A DNA stretch of 64,000 nt from Gemmatales bacterium (GTDB lineage: Bacteria > Planctomycetota > Planctomycetia > Gemmatales > HRBIN36). The position numbers and the translations under genes are program-made. The stretch covers positions 448,001-512,000 of the forward strand of contig JBEPZY010000001.1 in assembly GCA_041640595.1 (NCBI GenBank), in the 5' to 3' direction. The notes beneath the pieces were generated by a model. The model saw nothing but the letters and a program-made list of their open reading frames with translations. It did no database searches and was not told the DNA's origin. Positions 17,815 to 27,419 of this stretch are shown piece by piece (position 1 is the first letter of the stretch; each line of letters opens with the position of its first letter).

Positions 17815-19413
17815 ATGAGCGAAAGAGCATCAGTTTCCCAGCAACCACCGGCACAAATTGTGTCGTCAGCGGGTAGTGCGAATTTAGGTGGGAATGCGAC
17901 AGTCGCATCCTCGGGTTGTGGATGCGGTCGGAAGGTAGCCCGTCTAACTGTGTGGCTGCTCGTTTTGTTGGCGGTGACGGTCATTTATTTTTCCCTGCGC
18001 TGGTACTACGTTTCCGCAGCAGGAGTGCAAATTTTGACGGAAGCCTTGACCGAGACCGAGCGACAGTTTCCCGGCTGGGACTGGGAATGCTTACGGCGTA
18101 ATCGGGATTTCGCGCCCAAGGACGACCAGGGATGTACGCTTCTGGAGTCGTTGTATCAGGAATTGACGGCTCGAGGATTTTCGGATGCGTTTTCGGTGTT
18201 CCATCAAGTCGGAGGCATTTACTGGCCACACGATTGGCGGAGGGAGTTGGACTTGAACCTACCGGAAATGCGTAGCACGCGGGGAATTCGCAAGCTGCGG
18301 AGCAATTGGCCGGAATTGCGTGACCGAATTCTGGAATTTCGCCGGGTTCCTCCAGGCGGTCGGATGGATGTATATCCGCTCAGCATCGTGGAGATTCCCA
18401 ATCACCATCGGGCGCTGGACATGCTGGTTCCCCTGACGACCAACTTGGCTTTGATGGAGATAGAAGACGGCCGCGCTGAACAAGCCCTGGATTATGTGGA
18501 CGCGTTTCTCGGCATGGCCAATGCTGTGCGCGACGAACCTACAGTTCTGGCATTTTGCCGCTGTGCCCAATTAGAGTTGTCAGCGGTGCGATTGCTGGAG
18601 TGGGTGTTGAGCAGGGGCGAGGTTTCCGACAAACGGCTCGGTGAAATTCAGGAGCGGCTCCTGGCGGCGTTGCCACAACGGTCGTTAGAGCGAGTTATTC
18701 GTGGCGAGCGTGCAAGGACGGATGTCGCGTTGAGTCGGTTCGGTATCCCTGAGTATCGGCGGGAATTTATGCGGCAGGTCAGGCAGACCTGTGCACCGTC
18801 GCGGCAATATTTTCTCGACGAACCTCTGGAACACATCCAGCAAACGGTGTTTGCTTTGCGGTTTCACTATCACGCCCATACCTGGCTTCCTTACACCCGT
18901 GCTCAGGCGCTTCGCTATTTCAACGAAGCCTACCAGATTGCACAACTACCGCCGCAGCAGTTTGACATGGAGGTTACAAGGTTTCTGTCTCGCTGGGAGG
19001 GCCGTTCGATACGCGGGTGGTGCGATTCTATGTGGCTGGCTGCGCTTGGTGGCAGCGGACCGGAACAGCCGATGCGAACGCTGGTCCGCATGCTGGATGA
19101 ACGGGATGGCGGTCTGAGTGCGGCTATCCTGGCGGTTGGCCTGGAGCGATACCGACTCCGGCACGGTCATTGGCCGGCCCGTTTCCAGTATCTTCCGGAA
19201 AACTGGCTGCCGAACCTGGCGCGATTCGACGCGAAGCGGGATTTTCGCTTACATTCCCTGTCAGACGGGTTGGTGGTGCAGGTACGCCGCCGGGAAAACT
19301 CGTTTCGTGGCTGGTCGTGGCCAGCACCAGAATGCAAAGAGTTTGCTTCCGACCCGGCTAGCTTTATCCTGTTCGAAACGGCGGATCGGCTGTACGTCCG
19401 GCAACGAGACTGA
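17815..19413 (+). CDS. Membrane-anchored hypothetical protein (helical; C-terminal LERYRLRHGHWP pseudopilin-like motif)
   Basis: 532-aa ORF with a single N-terminal TM; fills the gap between recognisable genes. Confidence 0.7.
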   Translation: MSERASVSQQPPAQIVSSAGSANLGGNATVASSGCGCGRKVARLTVWLLVLLAVTVIYFSLRWYYVSAAGVQILTEALTETERQFPGWDWECLRRNRDFAPKDDQGCTLLESLYQELTARGFSDAFSVFHQVGGIYWPHDWRRELDLNLPEMRSTRGIRKLRSNWPELRDRILEFRRVPPGGRMDVYPLSIVEIPNHHRALDMLVPLTTNLALMEIEDGRAEQALDYVDAFLGMANAVRDEPTVLAFCRCAQLELSAVRLLEWVLSRGEVSDKRLGEIQERLLAALPQRSLERVIRGERARTDVALSRFGIPEYRREFMRQVRQTCAPSRQYFLDEPLEHIQQTVFALRFHYHAHTWLPYTRAQALRYFNEAYQIAQLPPQQFDMEVTRFLSRWEGRSIRGWCDSMWLAALGGSGPEQPMRTLVRMLDERDGGLSAAILAVGLERYRLRHGHWPARFQYLPENWLPNLARFDAKRDFRLHSLSDGLVVQVRRRENSFRGWSWPAPECKEFASDPASFILFETADRLYVRQRD

Positions 19414-19499
19414 TAGGCTGACTGTCACTGTGGACATGTGGGCTGGGGACGGTGCGCGGCCTGCTTACGTCCGGCAACGAAACTCATACGCTGACTGTC
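19393..19499. repeat. Pair of 34-bp direct repeats, 31/34 identical (period 73)
   Basis: tacgtccggcaacgagactgataggctgactgtc vs tacgtccggcaacgaaactcatacgctgactgtc. Confidence 0.85.
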
Positions 19500-19542
19500 G
19501 CGGCTATTGAAACCTAGGCCGGTCAGACAAGGGTATGTTTCT

Positions 19543-20157
19543 ATGGATATGTCAGCCAGCGAAGGATGGCGGAGTGAACAGGAACTGGTGAAGGCGTGCC
19601 TGGCCGGGGACGTCCGAGCTACCCATCGGCTAGTAGCGACATTTCACCGTGAGGTGTATGCCCTGTGCTTGCGGCTTCTGGGGCATACCCACGACGCCGA
19701 GGATGTAACTCAAGAAGTATTTTTGCGGATTTTCCGTAGCTTGCGCTCCTGGGACAGGAAACGGCCTTTACGCCCCTGGATACTGGCAATTGCGGTCAAT
19801 CGCTGTCGCACCTGGTTGCGCAAGCGGCCTCGCAATAACGCTTTGCCGGACGAACTAAGTACCGGCCAGGGCGGCGGTGAAACTGATACCGCCTGGGAAT
19901 TGCAGGAAACTTTGAGCCAGGCACTTGCTTCCTTGCGGGAAGAGTATCGCACTGTTTTCGTGCTCTACCACGACCGACACCTGGCTTACGAAGAAATCGC
20001 GGAGGTGGTAGGCCGACCGGTCGGCACAGTCAAGACCTGGCTGCATCGTGCTCGATTGGAAATTCTGGCTTATCTGCGACGACGGGGATGGGACCATGAA
20101 ATTCGCACAGCCCTGTCGGGTTTGCCTGAACTGGATGCAAACCCTGCTGGATCGTGA
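19543..20157 (+). CDS. ECF-type RNA polymerase sigma factor
   Basis: DAEDVTQEVFL, WILAIAVNRC (region 2); YEEIAEVVGRPVGTVKTWLHRAR (region 4). Confidence 0.95.
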   Translation: MDMSASEGWRSEQELVKACLAGDVRATHRLVATFHREVYALCLRLLGHTHDAEDVTQEVFLRIFRSLRSWDRKRPLRPWILAIAVNRCRTWLRKRPRNNALPDELSTGQGGGETDTAWELQETLSQALASLREEYRTVFVLYHDRHLAYEEIAEVVGRPVGTVKTWLHRARLEILAYLRRRGWDHEIRTALSGLPELDANPAGS

Positions 20158-20821
20158 ATCCTGGAAAGAACCGCCGAGCCGCATTGCCCGACATCTGGAA
20201 AATTGCCAGGGTTGTCGAAACCAGTGGGCCGCGGTGCAGGCTTTGCTTCTGGGCTTACGTTATTGGCCCGTACCGGAGCCTGCTACTCCGGTCGCGCGGA
20301 TCGTTGAGCAAATCCTGTGCGATCGGCGGGAACGTGAATCGGCATGGCAGCGGGGCATTCTGGCGGCCAGTTTGCTGATTGCGGCGTCAGTATGGTTCTT
20401 TCTGATGACCTGCCCGGAGCCCGGGCCGATCTCAGGCCGCCTGGCAAGAACTTCGGCACAGTCGCTGGAAATGCCGACCGGCCAGCAGATGGCATCGCTT
20501 AGCCCCTTGTCCCTGACTGATTCGATGGCGCAGACATCACCTCCTGTTGCATCCGCGGACGAAATCGCGGCCGGCCAGTATTCAGTGCGTGAATTTGCCT
20601 ACTGGTTCTTACCCGAGGAGTATCGAGAGACTGCGGAAGCCGTTCTTGGAAGGTTATCTTCCGGATTAGCCATGTCGGAAGCGGAGAGCGGCGAGAACGG
20701 TTTGTTTCCAACTTTTCCAAGACTGGATCAGGTCTGGGAGCCTGTCTGGGACGCCGGTGTAAACAGTTGGCGCTTGTTCCGCAATGTAATTCCGCCGCTG
20801 CTCGATCAACCAAACTCCTGA
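20096..20821 (+). CDS. Putative zinc-binding (ZAS) membrane anti-sigma factor
   Basis: HLENCQGC (HxxxCxxC) followed by one TM helix; overlaps the 3' end of the sigma gene. Confidence 0.82.
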   Translation: MKFAQPCRVCLNWMQTLLDRESWKEPPSRIARHLENCQGCRNQWAAVQALLLGLRYWPVPEPATPVARIVEQILCDRRERESAWQRGILAASLLIAASVWFFLMTCPEPGPISGRLARTSAQSLEMPTGQQMASLSPLSLTDSMAQTSPPVASADEIAAGQYSVREFAYWFLPEEYRETAEAVLGRLSSGLAMSEAESGENGLFPTFPRLDQVWEPVWDAGVNSWRLFRNVIPPLLDQPNS

Positions 20822-20862
20822 GGTGCGAAATTGCTGCTGGCGTAAGCGTTAGCAAAATACCT

Positions 20863-23800
20863 TCATGCCGCCTGTGCCTGGACGGCGGAATTCTTCGCCA
20901 ATCGGGCTAACAGGGAGGCGATGCGCTGGGTGCTTTGCCCATCCAGCCAACCCCATTCTGAGCTGCGCTGGCCGGTCGGCGGAACGTGTTGACCGGGCGA
21001 TAATCGTCGCGCCAGGTTGGCCAGAGCATGCTCAAAGTCGCGGCGAGTTTGGACCGTATGCACGTTCGGTTCGCCGCGGAAGTAGTAATAACCAAAGCGG
21101 TACAGATCGTAGTCCACGACAGGTAAACCGCAAGCCAGAGCCCAGCGAATCACGGACGATACGCAGGCCACCAGAGCATCCGCCAGGGGCATAAGCTCAT
21201 ACGTAGGCCGATCGGAATAGCGAACGTTGCTACGTTCCAGTTGCCGTAACTTCGCGGGCGATATGCTCGGATGAGCCACGAGAATCGTTTGGCAATCGGT
21301 CAACGCAGCCAGCGTATCGGCCCAGTAAATGAGGATTTCCTCGAAGGAACTAAAATCGGTGACGAGACGGCGGTTGTGGAGCTGATTGGAAGGGAGTGCC
21401 GCCAGGATTAGCGGGCGGTGTGGTTCGAGGTGCAGTTCGCGGCATAGTTCCTCTCGTTTTCGGTGCCAGTAGGCCAAACCGTCCTGCAGAGCGTCATCGC
21501 ACCAGGAACCAGTCAGGTGTAACCAATGCTCTGGCACGCCCTGACTCCGGTAATGACGAAGCATCCAGGGACTCTCGACCGCTAAAGCGGCCGCGAAACC
21601 ACTATGGAAAGTCCAGGGGTCATCCGGCGCACACCCCAGAATCTCCAGAGCTGCCGCTTCGAAGACCGGCGCACGCACCAGTTCCCGTGTTCCGGAAAGT
21701 CGCCACTGCGGGAAGCGTTCGCAAAAACGTCGGGCCGACGGCGTGGTGGCATCGTAAAGCGGAATCACAGAAACTGCCGCTTCGAACTCTTCACGTGACG
21801 CCAGGCACCAGGGCACAATAGCTGTAGAGATGCGATACTCCAAAGCCGTGCGAGAATAAATCGTCGTGTATTTGGACACGTTTTCCTGACCGAGGACGAG
21901 TACTGCGGGCTGAAGCTGGTCGAGTACCCGGCGGAAAAACGCTTGTTCCCGCCGCAACATGTGCACATGCCCATCCAGTTCTGGCAAGTTCAGGGAACGG
22001 CACCAATCAAGTAGCTCTCGCTGCTGGGGAGCTAACGGAGACAATTCGATTTTCCCGGTGGACTGGTTATCGAAGAGAAATTGCTGCGGGTAAGCCTCCA
22101 GGACACGCGGGCCGGCCCAGACCGGCAGTTGCCATTGCCGACACCGCAGGACATGTTTGGTCAATTGCGGATAAGGCTCCGTGAAGTAAATGACCGGTTG
22201 CCATTCTCCCTGCTGCATCAGTCGCCTTGCCAGGTGCGCCAGTGCCGTGAACTCTGCCACCTCACCGACAATTGCCAGCATCCGTTTGCCTGCCTCTGGC
22301 TGAACATGGAGCGAGGAAGAAGATACGGCTATCGGGCCGACCGGAGCAGTGCCTGCAAGTCCGTTTTCACCCCCGTTAGATTCTGAGACCTTGCCCGAAA
22401 CAGTCCCAGCAGGTGTGAAGGATTTGCCTGTCTCTTGGACATCAGGTTCAGCAGGAACAACGCTCAGCGGGACAGTAAGGCCATGAGAAGCCCGCACGGC
22501 GGAAAATGGCTGACGGTCAGCTTGAAGGTCGGCGTCCAGACCGGAAAGAGCAGTAGCGGCAAAGCGTCGCAACCAGCCGACTATTTTCGGGTCGGTCACT
22601 GGGACTTCCAGGGAAAAAGTGCGCGGAACGGCGCGAATCGTGTAGTTTTGCCAGACGCGACGAATTTCCGCCAGGAATGCCGCCTTGACCGCGGCTGGCA
22701 ATTCCGCAAGACTACCGCAGCCGCCACAGGTTTCGAATGTCTGACCCAGCAATTCTCGCCGCACACGGGCCACGATCGGATTGACGTAAAGCTGACGCCA
22801 ATCGTCCTCGGCGTGGCCCAGTTCCAGGCTGGCCGAAAAATCCTGGCAGCATAATACCCGCTTGCCATCAAATGCGATGGTCAATTTTTCAAACGGATCC
22901 GAACAAGTCGGCAGGATGGCGGGCTCAAACCACCAGTAATCCTCGGCCAGACTCGGTTCGGGAACAGCACGGTGCCTGCCTTCCAGCACGCCAGCCGTCG
23001 GATACATCGGATGGAAGGAAATTTCATCGAAGAATTCGCCCCAGAGTAACGCGTACTGCTCGACGTCGGTCTTGCGAGTGAGCAGGCAATTGAGCACGTA
23101 GCGCTGACCGGCAGGACGACATGCCGCATATTCCCGCACGTTGCCGTAAACACGATCAAAACGCAGCGGATACCGGTAACGCTCATAGCTCACGCGATCC
23201 CAGCCCTCGATGGATACCTGTACGACATCGGCAAGTATCAGACCTCTCCTGCGCTGGTGCATCATCGAACCGTTGGTTGAGCACACCACTGTGTAGCCCA
23301 AATCTTTGGCCAGAGCTACGAAATCGTCGAAGCGTGGATGCAGTGTCGGCTCACCCGTCGAATACAGATAGAGCGTGCTGATGCCGGAAGCCCGGCCTCT
23401 TTCGAGGATGCGGCGAAAGAGGTCGAATTCCATGAAGCCCTTAGTGCGTTCAGCCGGCATGGCCACCCGCGGACAAAACGGACAGCGGGCATTACAACTG
23501 CCGACGATGTCCACGGTCAGCGAGCGGAAGTGATTTGCGGCAGCCAGGTCGTGCCAGGGATGCTGTGCCCACAATACCACTGCCTGGGCGAAGGCTTGCC
23601 AATCCCCCAGTCGCATTTTCGCGTGAGCGTGGCTTTGCCAGGCCTGACGGAGTTGTCCGGCAATGCGTTGAGCCCGCCTGGACAATTCGCCTTGGGATTC
23701 CAGGATTGCGGCTCGTTCCGGTGAAACCCATCGCAGGTACTGTTCAAGGTCCTGCTCCGAGCAAGTCGGGTCGTGTCGCAGAGGCGGCGTTTGCCAGTCA

Positions 23801-24408
23801 ATCTGCACGGCTCGTTGTCGCGCTTCCTCAAAAAGGGCCCGGCGACGATCGGGATTGGCCTTTTCCATGTCCGACCAGCTACGCTGTTGGTCATCCACCC
23901 AGTGAAGGACATTTTCCAGATGGGCTTGCAGAATGCCTCGCCGCCGTGCTTCCGCATAGCCTTCGGGTGCCGCCAGGCGTACCGCTTGTTCCAGCATTTC
24001 CAGCCAAGCTGCCGAATCTTTGGGGATCGAGGGTACGCTCGGCAAAGTAACAGGTGCAGCCGGCGTTGTCAGCGAAACCGTACCGATTTCTTTGGCCAGT
24101 TCCAGTTCGAGCAGACGACGCGCTTTTCTCCAGGAAACTCCATGCTGACGCAATTCCCTGTACCGCCGGCCGGCTCGTTCCAGCAACCGCTGCAAGTGCC
24201 GGTCGAGCAAATTGTCTTCCATCAGCCGAGCATAGGTCTCAGGAGAGGAGCGTTGGAGCCAGATGTTCAGGTCCTTCTTCCACTGCCGGGTTGACCAGCT
24301 CAGGTGCTCGGTTGCCCGGAGCAAACGCCAGAGCCGACGGCACAATCCCAGCAACCGCCGGCTCCACTGGCCCAACCGGATGCTGTTTTCCGTGGATTTG
24401 GTATGCAT
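20863..24408 (-). CDS. Multidomain protein: N-terminal helical repeats + radical SAM/SPASM + C-terminal GT-B-like (CDP-glycerol glycerophosphotransferase/capsule-type) domain
   Basis: CNARCPFC, STGEPTLHP, STNG, CSDPF..DGKRVLCCQD..CGGC; C-terminal VAHPS, ADALVACVSSVIRWALACGLPVV. Start 24408 or 24498. Confidence 0.82.
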   Translation of the reverse strand: MHTKSTENSIRLGQWSRRLLGLCRRLWRLLRATEHLSWSTRQWKKDLNIWLQRSSPETYARLMEDNLLDRHLQRLLERAGRRYRELRQHGVSWRKARRLLELELAKEIGTVSLTTPAAPVTLPSVPSIPKDSAAWLEMLEQAVRLAAPEGYAEARRRGILQAHLENVLHWVDDQQRSWSDMEKANPDRRRALFEEARQRAVQIDWQTPPLRHDPTCSEQDLEQYLRWVSPERAAILESQGELSRRAQRIAGQLRQAWQSHAHAKMRLGDWQAFAQAVVLWAQHPWHDLAAANHFRSLTVDIVGSCNARCPFCPRVAMPAERTKGFMEFDLFRRILERGRASGISTLYLYSTGEPTLHPRFDDFVALAKDLGYTVVCSTNGSMMHQRRRGLILADVVQVSIEGWDRVSYERYRYPLRFDRVYGNVREYAACRPAGQRYVLNCLLTRKTDVEQYALLWGEFFDEISFHPMYPTAGVLEGRHRAVPEPSLAEDYWWFEPAILPTCSDPFEKLTIAFDGKRVLCCQDFSASLELGHAEDDWRQLYVNPIVARVRRELLGQTFETCGGCGSLAELPAAVKAAFLAEIRRVWQNYTIRAVPRTFSLEVPVTDPKIVGWLRRFAATALSGLDADLQADRQPFSAVRASHGLTVPLSVVPAEPDVQETGKSFTPAGTVSGKVSESNGGENGLAGTAPVGPIAVSSSSLHVQPEAGKRMLAIVGEVAEFTALAHLARRLMQQGEWQPVIYFTEPYPQLTKHVLRCRQWQLPVWAGPRVLEAYPQQFLFDNQSTGKIELSPLAPQQRELLDWCRSLNLPELDGHVHMLRREQAFFRRVLDQLQPAVLVLGQENVSKYTTIYSRTALEYRISTAIVPWCLASREEFEAAVSVIPLYDATTPSARRFCERFPQWRLSGTRELVRAPVFEAAALEILGCAPDDPWTFHSGFAAALAVESPWMLRHYRSQGVPEHWLHLTGSWCDDALQDGLAYWHRKREELCRELHLEPHRPLILAALPSNQLHNRRLVTDFSSFEEILIYWADTLAALTDCQTILVAHPSISPAKLRQLERSNVRYSDRPTYELMPLADALVACVSSVIRWALACGLPVVDYDLYRFGYYYFRGEPNVHTVQTRRDFEHALANLARRLSPGQHVPPTGQRSSEWGWLDGQSTQRIASLLARLAKNSAVQAQAA

Positions 24409-24730
24409 GGGTCTTAGTCCGCAGATTCGCTCGGAAGGCTTTGTCTGAAAATGTCCATTTGTGCAGGCGGGTGCTGCTAAAGCCCCTAGCAAAATCATTG
24501 CTGGTCCAGGTCTGGCATCGCAGGTCTCCGAGCAGTGCTGGATGCCGGGTCTGGTTAGCCCGGACGAAATGTTTGATGGTCCCGGATGGTTTCTGCAGTA
24601 ACTCCTGAGTTGCAGGGTCAGCTAGCATAGATGAACCGGTTGGTGCTGGTCAATAGCAAACCGGACGAACAAAAGCCAAATGGAGTGCGGATCGCAAAGC
24701 CAATTCTTACGAAGCACCGGCCACGTAGTG

Positions 24731-26137
24731 TCAGGCTTCTCCAACATGCGTGGACTGCAACGTTGCGCTGAAATGGACGGGATACGGCTGCGGGGTTGGC
24801 TCCAGGTCTCGCAAATGGGCTGGTAAGCACGATAATTGTGAATGGCAGTGTTGCTGTATGGATTGCAGATCGGGCAGCGGTTGCAGCAAACGGCCCTGCT
24901 GCATGATGGGCACCAGCAACGGTTCGCCCGGCAATTTTTCCTCATGGCGACCTACCCAGTCTTCCAGGAACATGCCGGAACTATCGCGGCGACGGTACAC
25001 TTGCTTGGCGTAGGGGAAGGTCTGCTTTTGAGGCGAAGTTTTCAGGGTCCCGACCACGCCTCGGGGAGTGTGCAATTCCACCAGTTTGTAAACGGTATTG
25101 AGCGAAGGCTCATCGCGACTGGTGACCAGTTCCGTGCCCACGCCGAACATGTCAATCGGTGCCCCGGACGAAACCAGTTCGTGAATCCGATACTCGTTCA
25201 GGTCACCGCTGGCGATAATGCGGACGTCCTGCCGACCCGCCTCATCGAGCAAACGCCGGCTCTCACGACTCAAGGTCAGCAAGTCGCCGCTGTCTAAGCG
25301 GATGGCCCGCATGGGAACGCTGGCTTGCAAAGCGTGGCGAACTCCCTGCAACGTATCGTAGGTGTCCACCAGTAAGGTACCGACTTCGGGGAAAACTTGC
25401 CCGAAAGCTCGGAAAGCCTCGATCTCACCTGGAAATGCCATGATCCAGGAATGCGCCTGCGTGCCCACGGCGGGAATGTTCAACAGTCGAGCCGCTTCTG
25501 TGTTGCTCGTGCCTGAACAACCGGCGAGGAAAGCGGCACGGGCAGCCAGTAAGCCAGCCTGGGGGCCATGCGCTCGCCGTGAACCGAAATCCACCACGCT
25601 GCGACCTTGAGCAGCAAGCACCACCCGGGCAGCTTTGCTGGCGATCAGGGTCTGGAATGTGAGCGTTGTCATCAGGTATGTTTCCACGATCTGTGCTTGT
25701 GCGAGCGGAGCGGTTATGCGGAGCAACGGTTCACCCGCAAAAACTACCGTACCTTCAGGCACAGCCCAAACTTCCCCGCAAAAGCGAAACTCGCGCAAGC
25801 TGTCGAACCAGCTGGCCGGAACATGGCAAAACGCCGGGTACTGCCGCAGGTACTCGATCTGGGCCTCGGAAAAACTCAAATGCTGCAAGAAGTGAACGGC
25901 TTGCTCCAAACCGGCCGCTACGAGGAAATTCCGTCGCGGAGGTAATCGGCGAACCCATAGTTCAAAAGTGGCCGGCCAGTCGGCCATGCCGTGCACGTAA
26001 TAGCCGGCCGCCATCGTCAACTCATACAGGTCGGTCAACAGACCCAGCTCATCTTCGCGTGGCAACAAACCCTGGGGTTGGTGATTCTCACTCATGGGTG
26101 TCGAGACGCCAGACGGTTCTTCTAGCCGGTATGCCAT
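24731..26137 (-). CDS. pncB: Nicotinate phosphoribosyltransferase
   Basis: LLTDLYELTM, DFGSRRAHG, GTSN, GTQAHSW, LVDTYDT, IRLDSGD, FGVGT, YKLVE. Confidence 0.95.
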   Translation of the reverse strand: MAYRLEEPSGVSTPMSENHQPQGLLPREDELGLLTDLYELTMAAGYYVHGMADWPATFELWVRRLPPRRNFLVAAGLEQAVHFLQHLSFSEAQIEYLRQYPAFCHVPASWFDSLREFRFCGEVWAVPEGTVVFAGEPLLRITAPLAQAQIVETYLMTTLTFQTLIASKAARVVLAAQGRSVVDFGSRRAHGPQAGLLAARAAFLAGCSGTSNTEAARLLNIPAVGTQAHSWIMAFPGEIEAFRAFGQVFPEVGTLLVDTYDTLQGVRHALQASVPMRAIRLDSGDLLTLSRESRRLLDEAGRQDVRIIASGDLNEYRIHELVSSGAPIDMFGVGTELVTSRDEPSLNTVYKLVELHTPRGVVGTLKTSPQKQTFPYAKQVYRRRDSSGMFLEDWVGRHEEKLPGEPLLVPIMQQGRLLQPLPDLQSIQQHCHSQLSCLPAHLRDLEPTPQPYPVHFSATLQSTHVGEA

Positions 26138-26183
26138 TCGTTTCCATGCACGCGAGCAACCGACAATAACATTCTCGGCCGAT

Positions 26184-26275
26184 TCGACTGATCGGGTAGG
26201 GGGCCCAGGTAGGCACTGCCTACCAGGCGCGTCGTCAGTGCACCCGCTGGCTCGACTGGTCGGGTAGAAGGCCCA
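26184..26275. repeat. Pair of 24-bp direct repeats, 21/24 identical (period 68), flanking a 17-bp palindrome
   Basis: tcgactgatcgggtagggggccca vs tcgactggtcgggtagaaggccca; ggtaggca-c-tgcctacc lies between them. Confidence 0.75.
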
Positions 26276-26418
26276 CCTTCGATTACTGGGCGACGATCAG
26301 GGGGAATCGATTCCGGCGGCGGTAGAAATAGACGCTGCCATCATGTTAGTGGCCAGACGCTGGGCGACGCAGAACGGTCAGAAAAATCCGAGCGTTGCCT
26401 TGTGGACGAAGGCGGGCT

Positions 26419-27198
26419 TTATTTAGGCGAGACGAGAATCGGGCCCGATTCTGCTGCCGGTGGCGGAACTGGTGGCCGGACTGCTTTTGTCGGTGGCTGC
26501 AAAGTAGCGGGTGGTGCGTTGGTAGGAGCCAGCAACGGGGCTGTTTTGACGCTGACATCGCCGCCTGGTTGGACACGGGGCGGTGGAGCTACTTCCAATT
26601 GTGAAGGGGGCGGAACAGGAAATAGCAGTGGCGATTCTGCTGACGATGGGCTATTGTTCGTGCCGGCCGGGGAAGATGGTGCAGTGGAGACCGGCATTGG
26701 ACGAGGATTGCCTGGCAGTGAGGCTGGTTGCGTTGTGGTCGGTACGCTACCCGGGGTGGAAGATGCCTGGTGAGGTTTGGCGAGAGCGGGTGAGGCTTGC
26801 TTGGGGACACGATAACCGAGGCGTGCCCAGCGTGCTGCCACCCGCACCGACCAGCTGTCGTCGTGTTTGATGGCTCGATCGAGTGCTTCTGCCGCCTCCA
26901 CCGAGGGTGGTTGCAATTTGCCGAGGCTGGAGGCGGCTGCCTTTCGCACGCTGGCCGAGCCATCTTTTTGCAAAGCCTCCACCAGGGCCATAATCGCTTC
27001 CGGATACTGAGCAGCATCTGCGTCGGCCAGAGCTTCTGCCGCCTGGGCACGTTTGCCTGCGTCCGGATGGTTCAGTACAGTCTGCACCCATTCGGCCACC
27101 TGATTAGCAGACGGCTTGCTTTTCTTCGGGAAAATCCCTGCCTGCAGCGGACATAGCAACGACAGGGCTATTGCCATGGCCACGATGATCCGAAGCAT
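26419..27198 (-). CDS. Exported HEAT-repeat protein with Pro-rich tail
   Basis: Signal peptide; RAQAAEAL, VRKAAASSLG, VRVAA repeats; low-complexity C-terminus. Confidence 0.8.
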   Translation of the reverse strand: MLRIIVAMAIALSLLCPLQAGIFPKKSKPSANQVAEWVQTVLNHPDAGKRAQAAEALADADAAQYPEAIMALVEALQKDGSASVRKAAASSLGKLQPPSVEAAEALDRAIKHDDSWSVRVAARWARLGYRVPKQASPALAKPHQASSTPGSVPTTTQPASLPGNPRPMPVSTAPSSPAGTNNSPSSAESPLLFPVPPPSQLEVAPPPRVQPGGDVSVKTAPLLAPTNAPPATLQPPTKAVRPPVPPPAAESGPILVSPK

Positions 27199-27419
27199 GG
27201 TTCTCCTCCAGCCGTTCCCGGCAGTCGTGTCTAATCGTGTTCTCTATTGGGCCGCGCCCGACCGTTAGCTGTCGGACATTTGCGTTATTCGTCTGCCCGC
27301 ATCAAATTCCGCAATAAAATCATCCTGCGAACTTCGCGTTCGCTACAACCTCTTCGGCGTGGCAAGTGCATTGCGATTCCTTGAGCGAATCAGAAAACCG
27401 AGCGTATTTTGCGCCGCTT

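Noticed and set aside
19393..19499. CRISPR array
   Set aside because: Only two imperfect copies, one overlapping a coding 3' end, and no cas genes or leader in the window.
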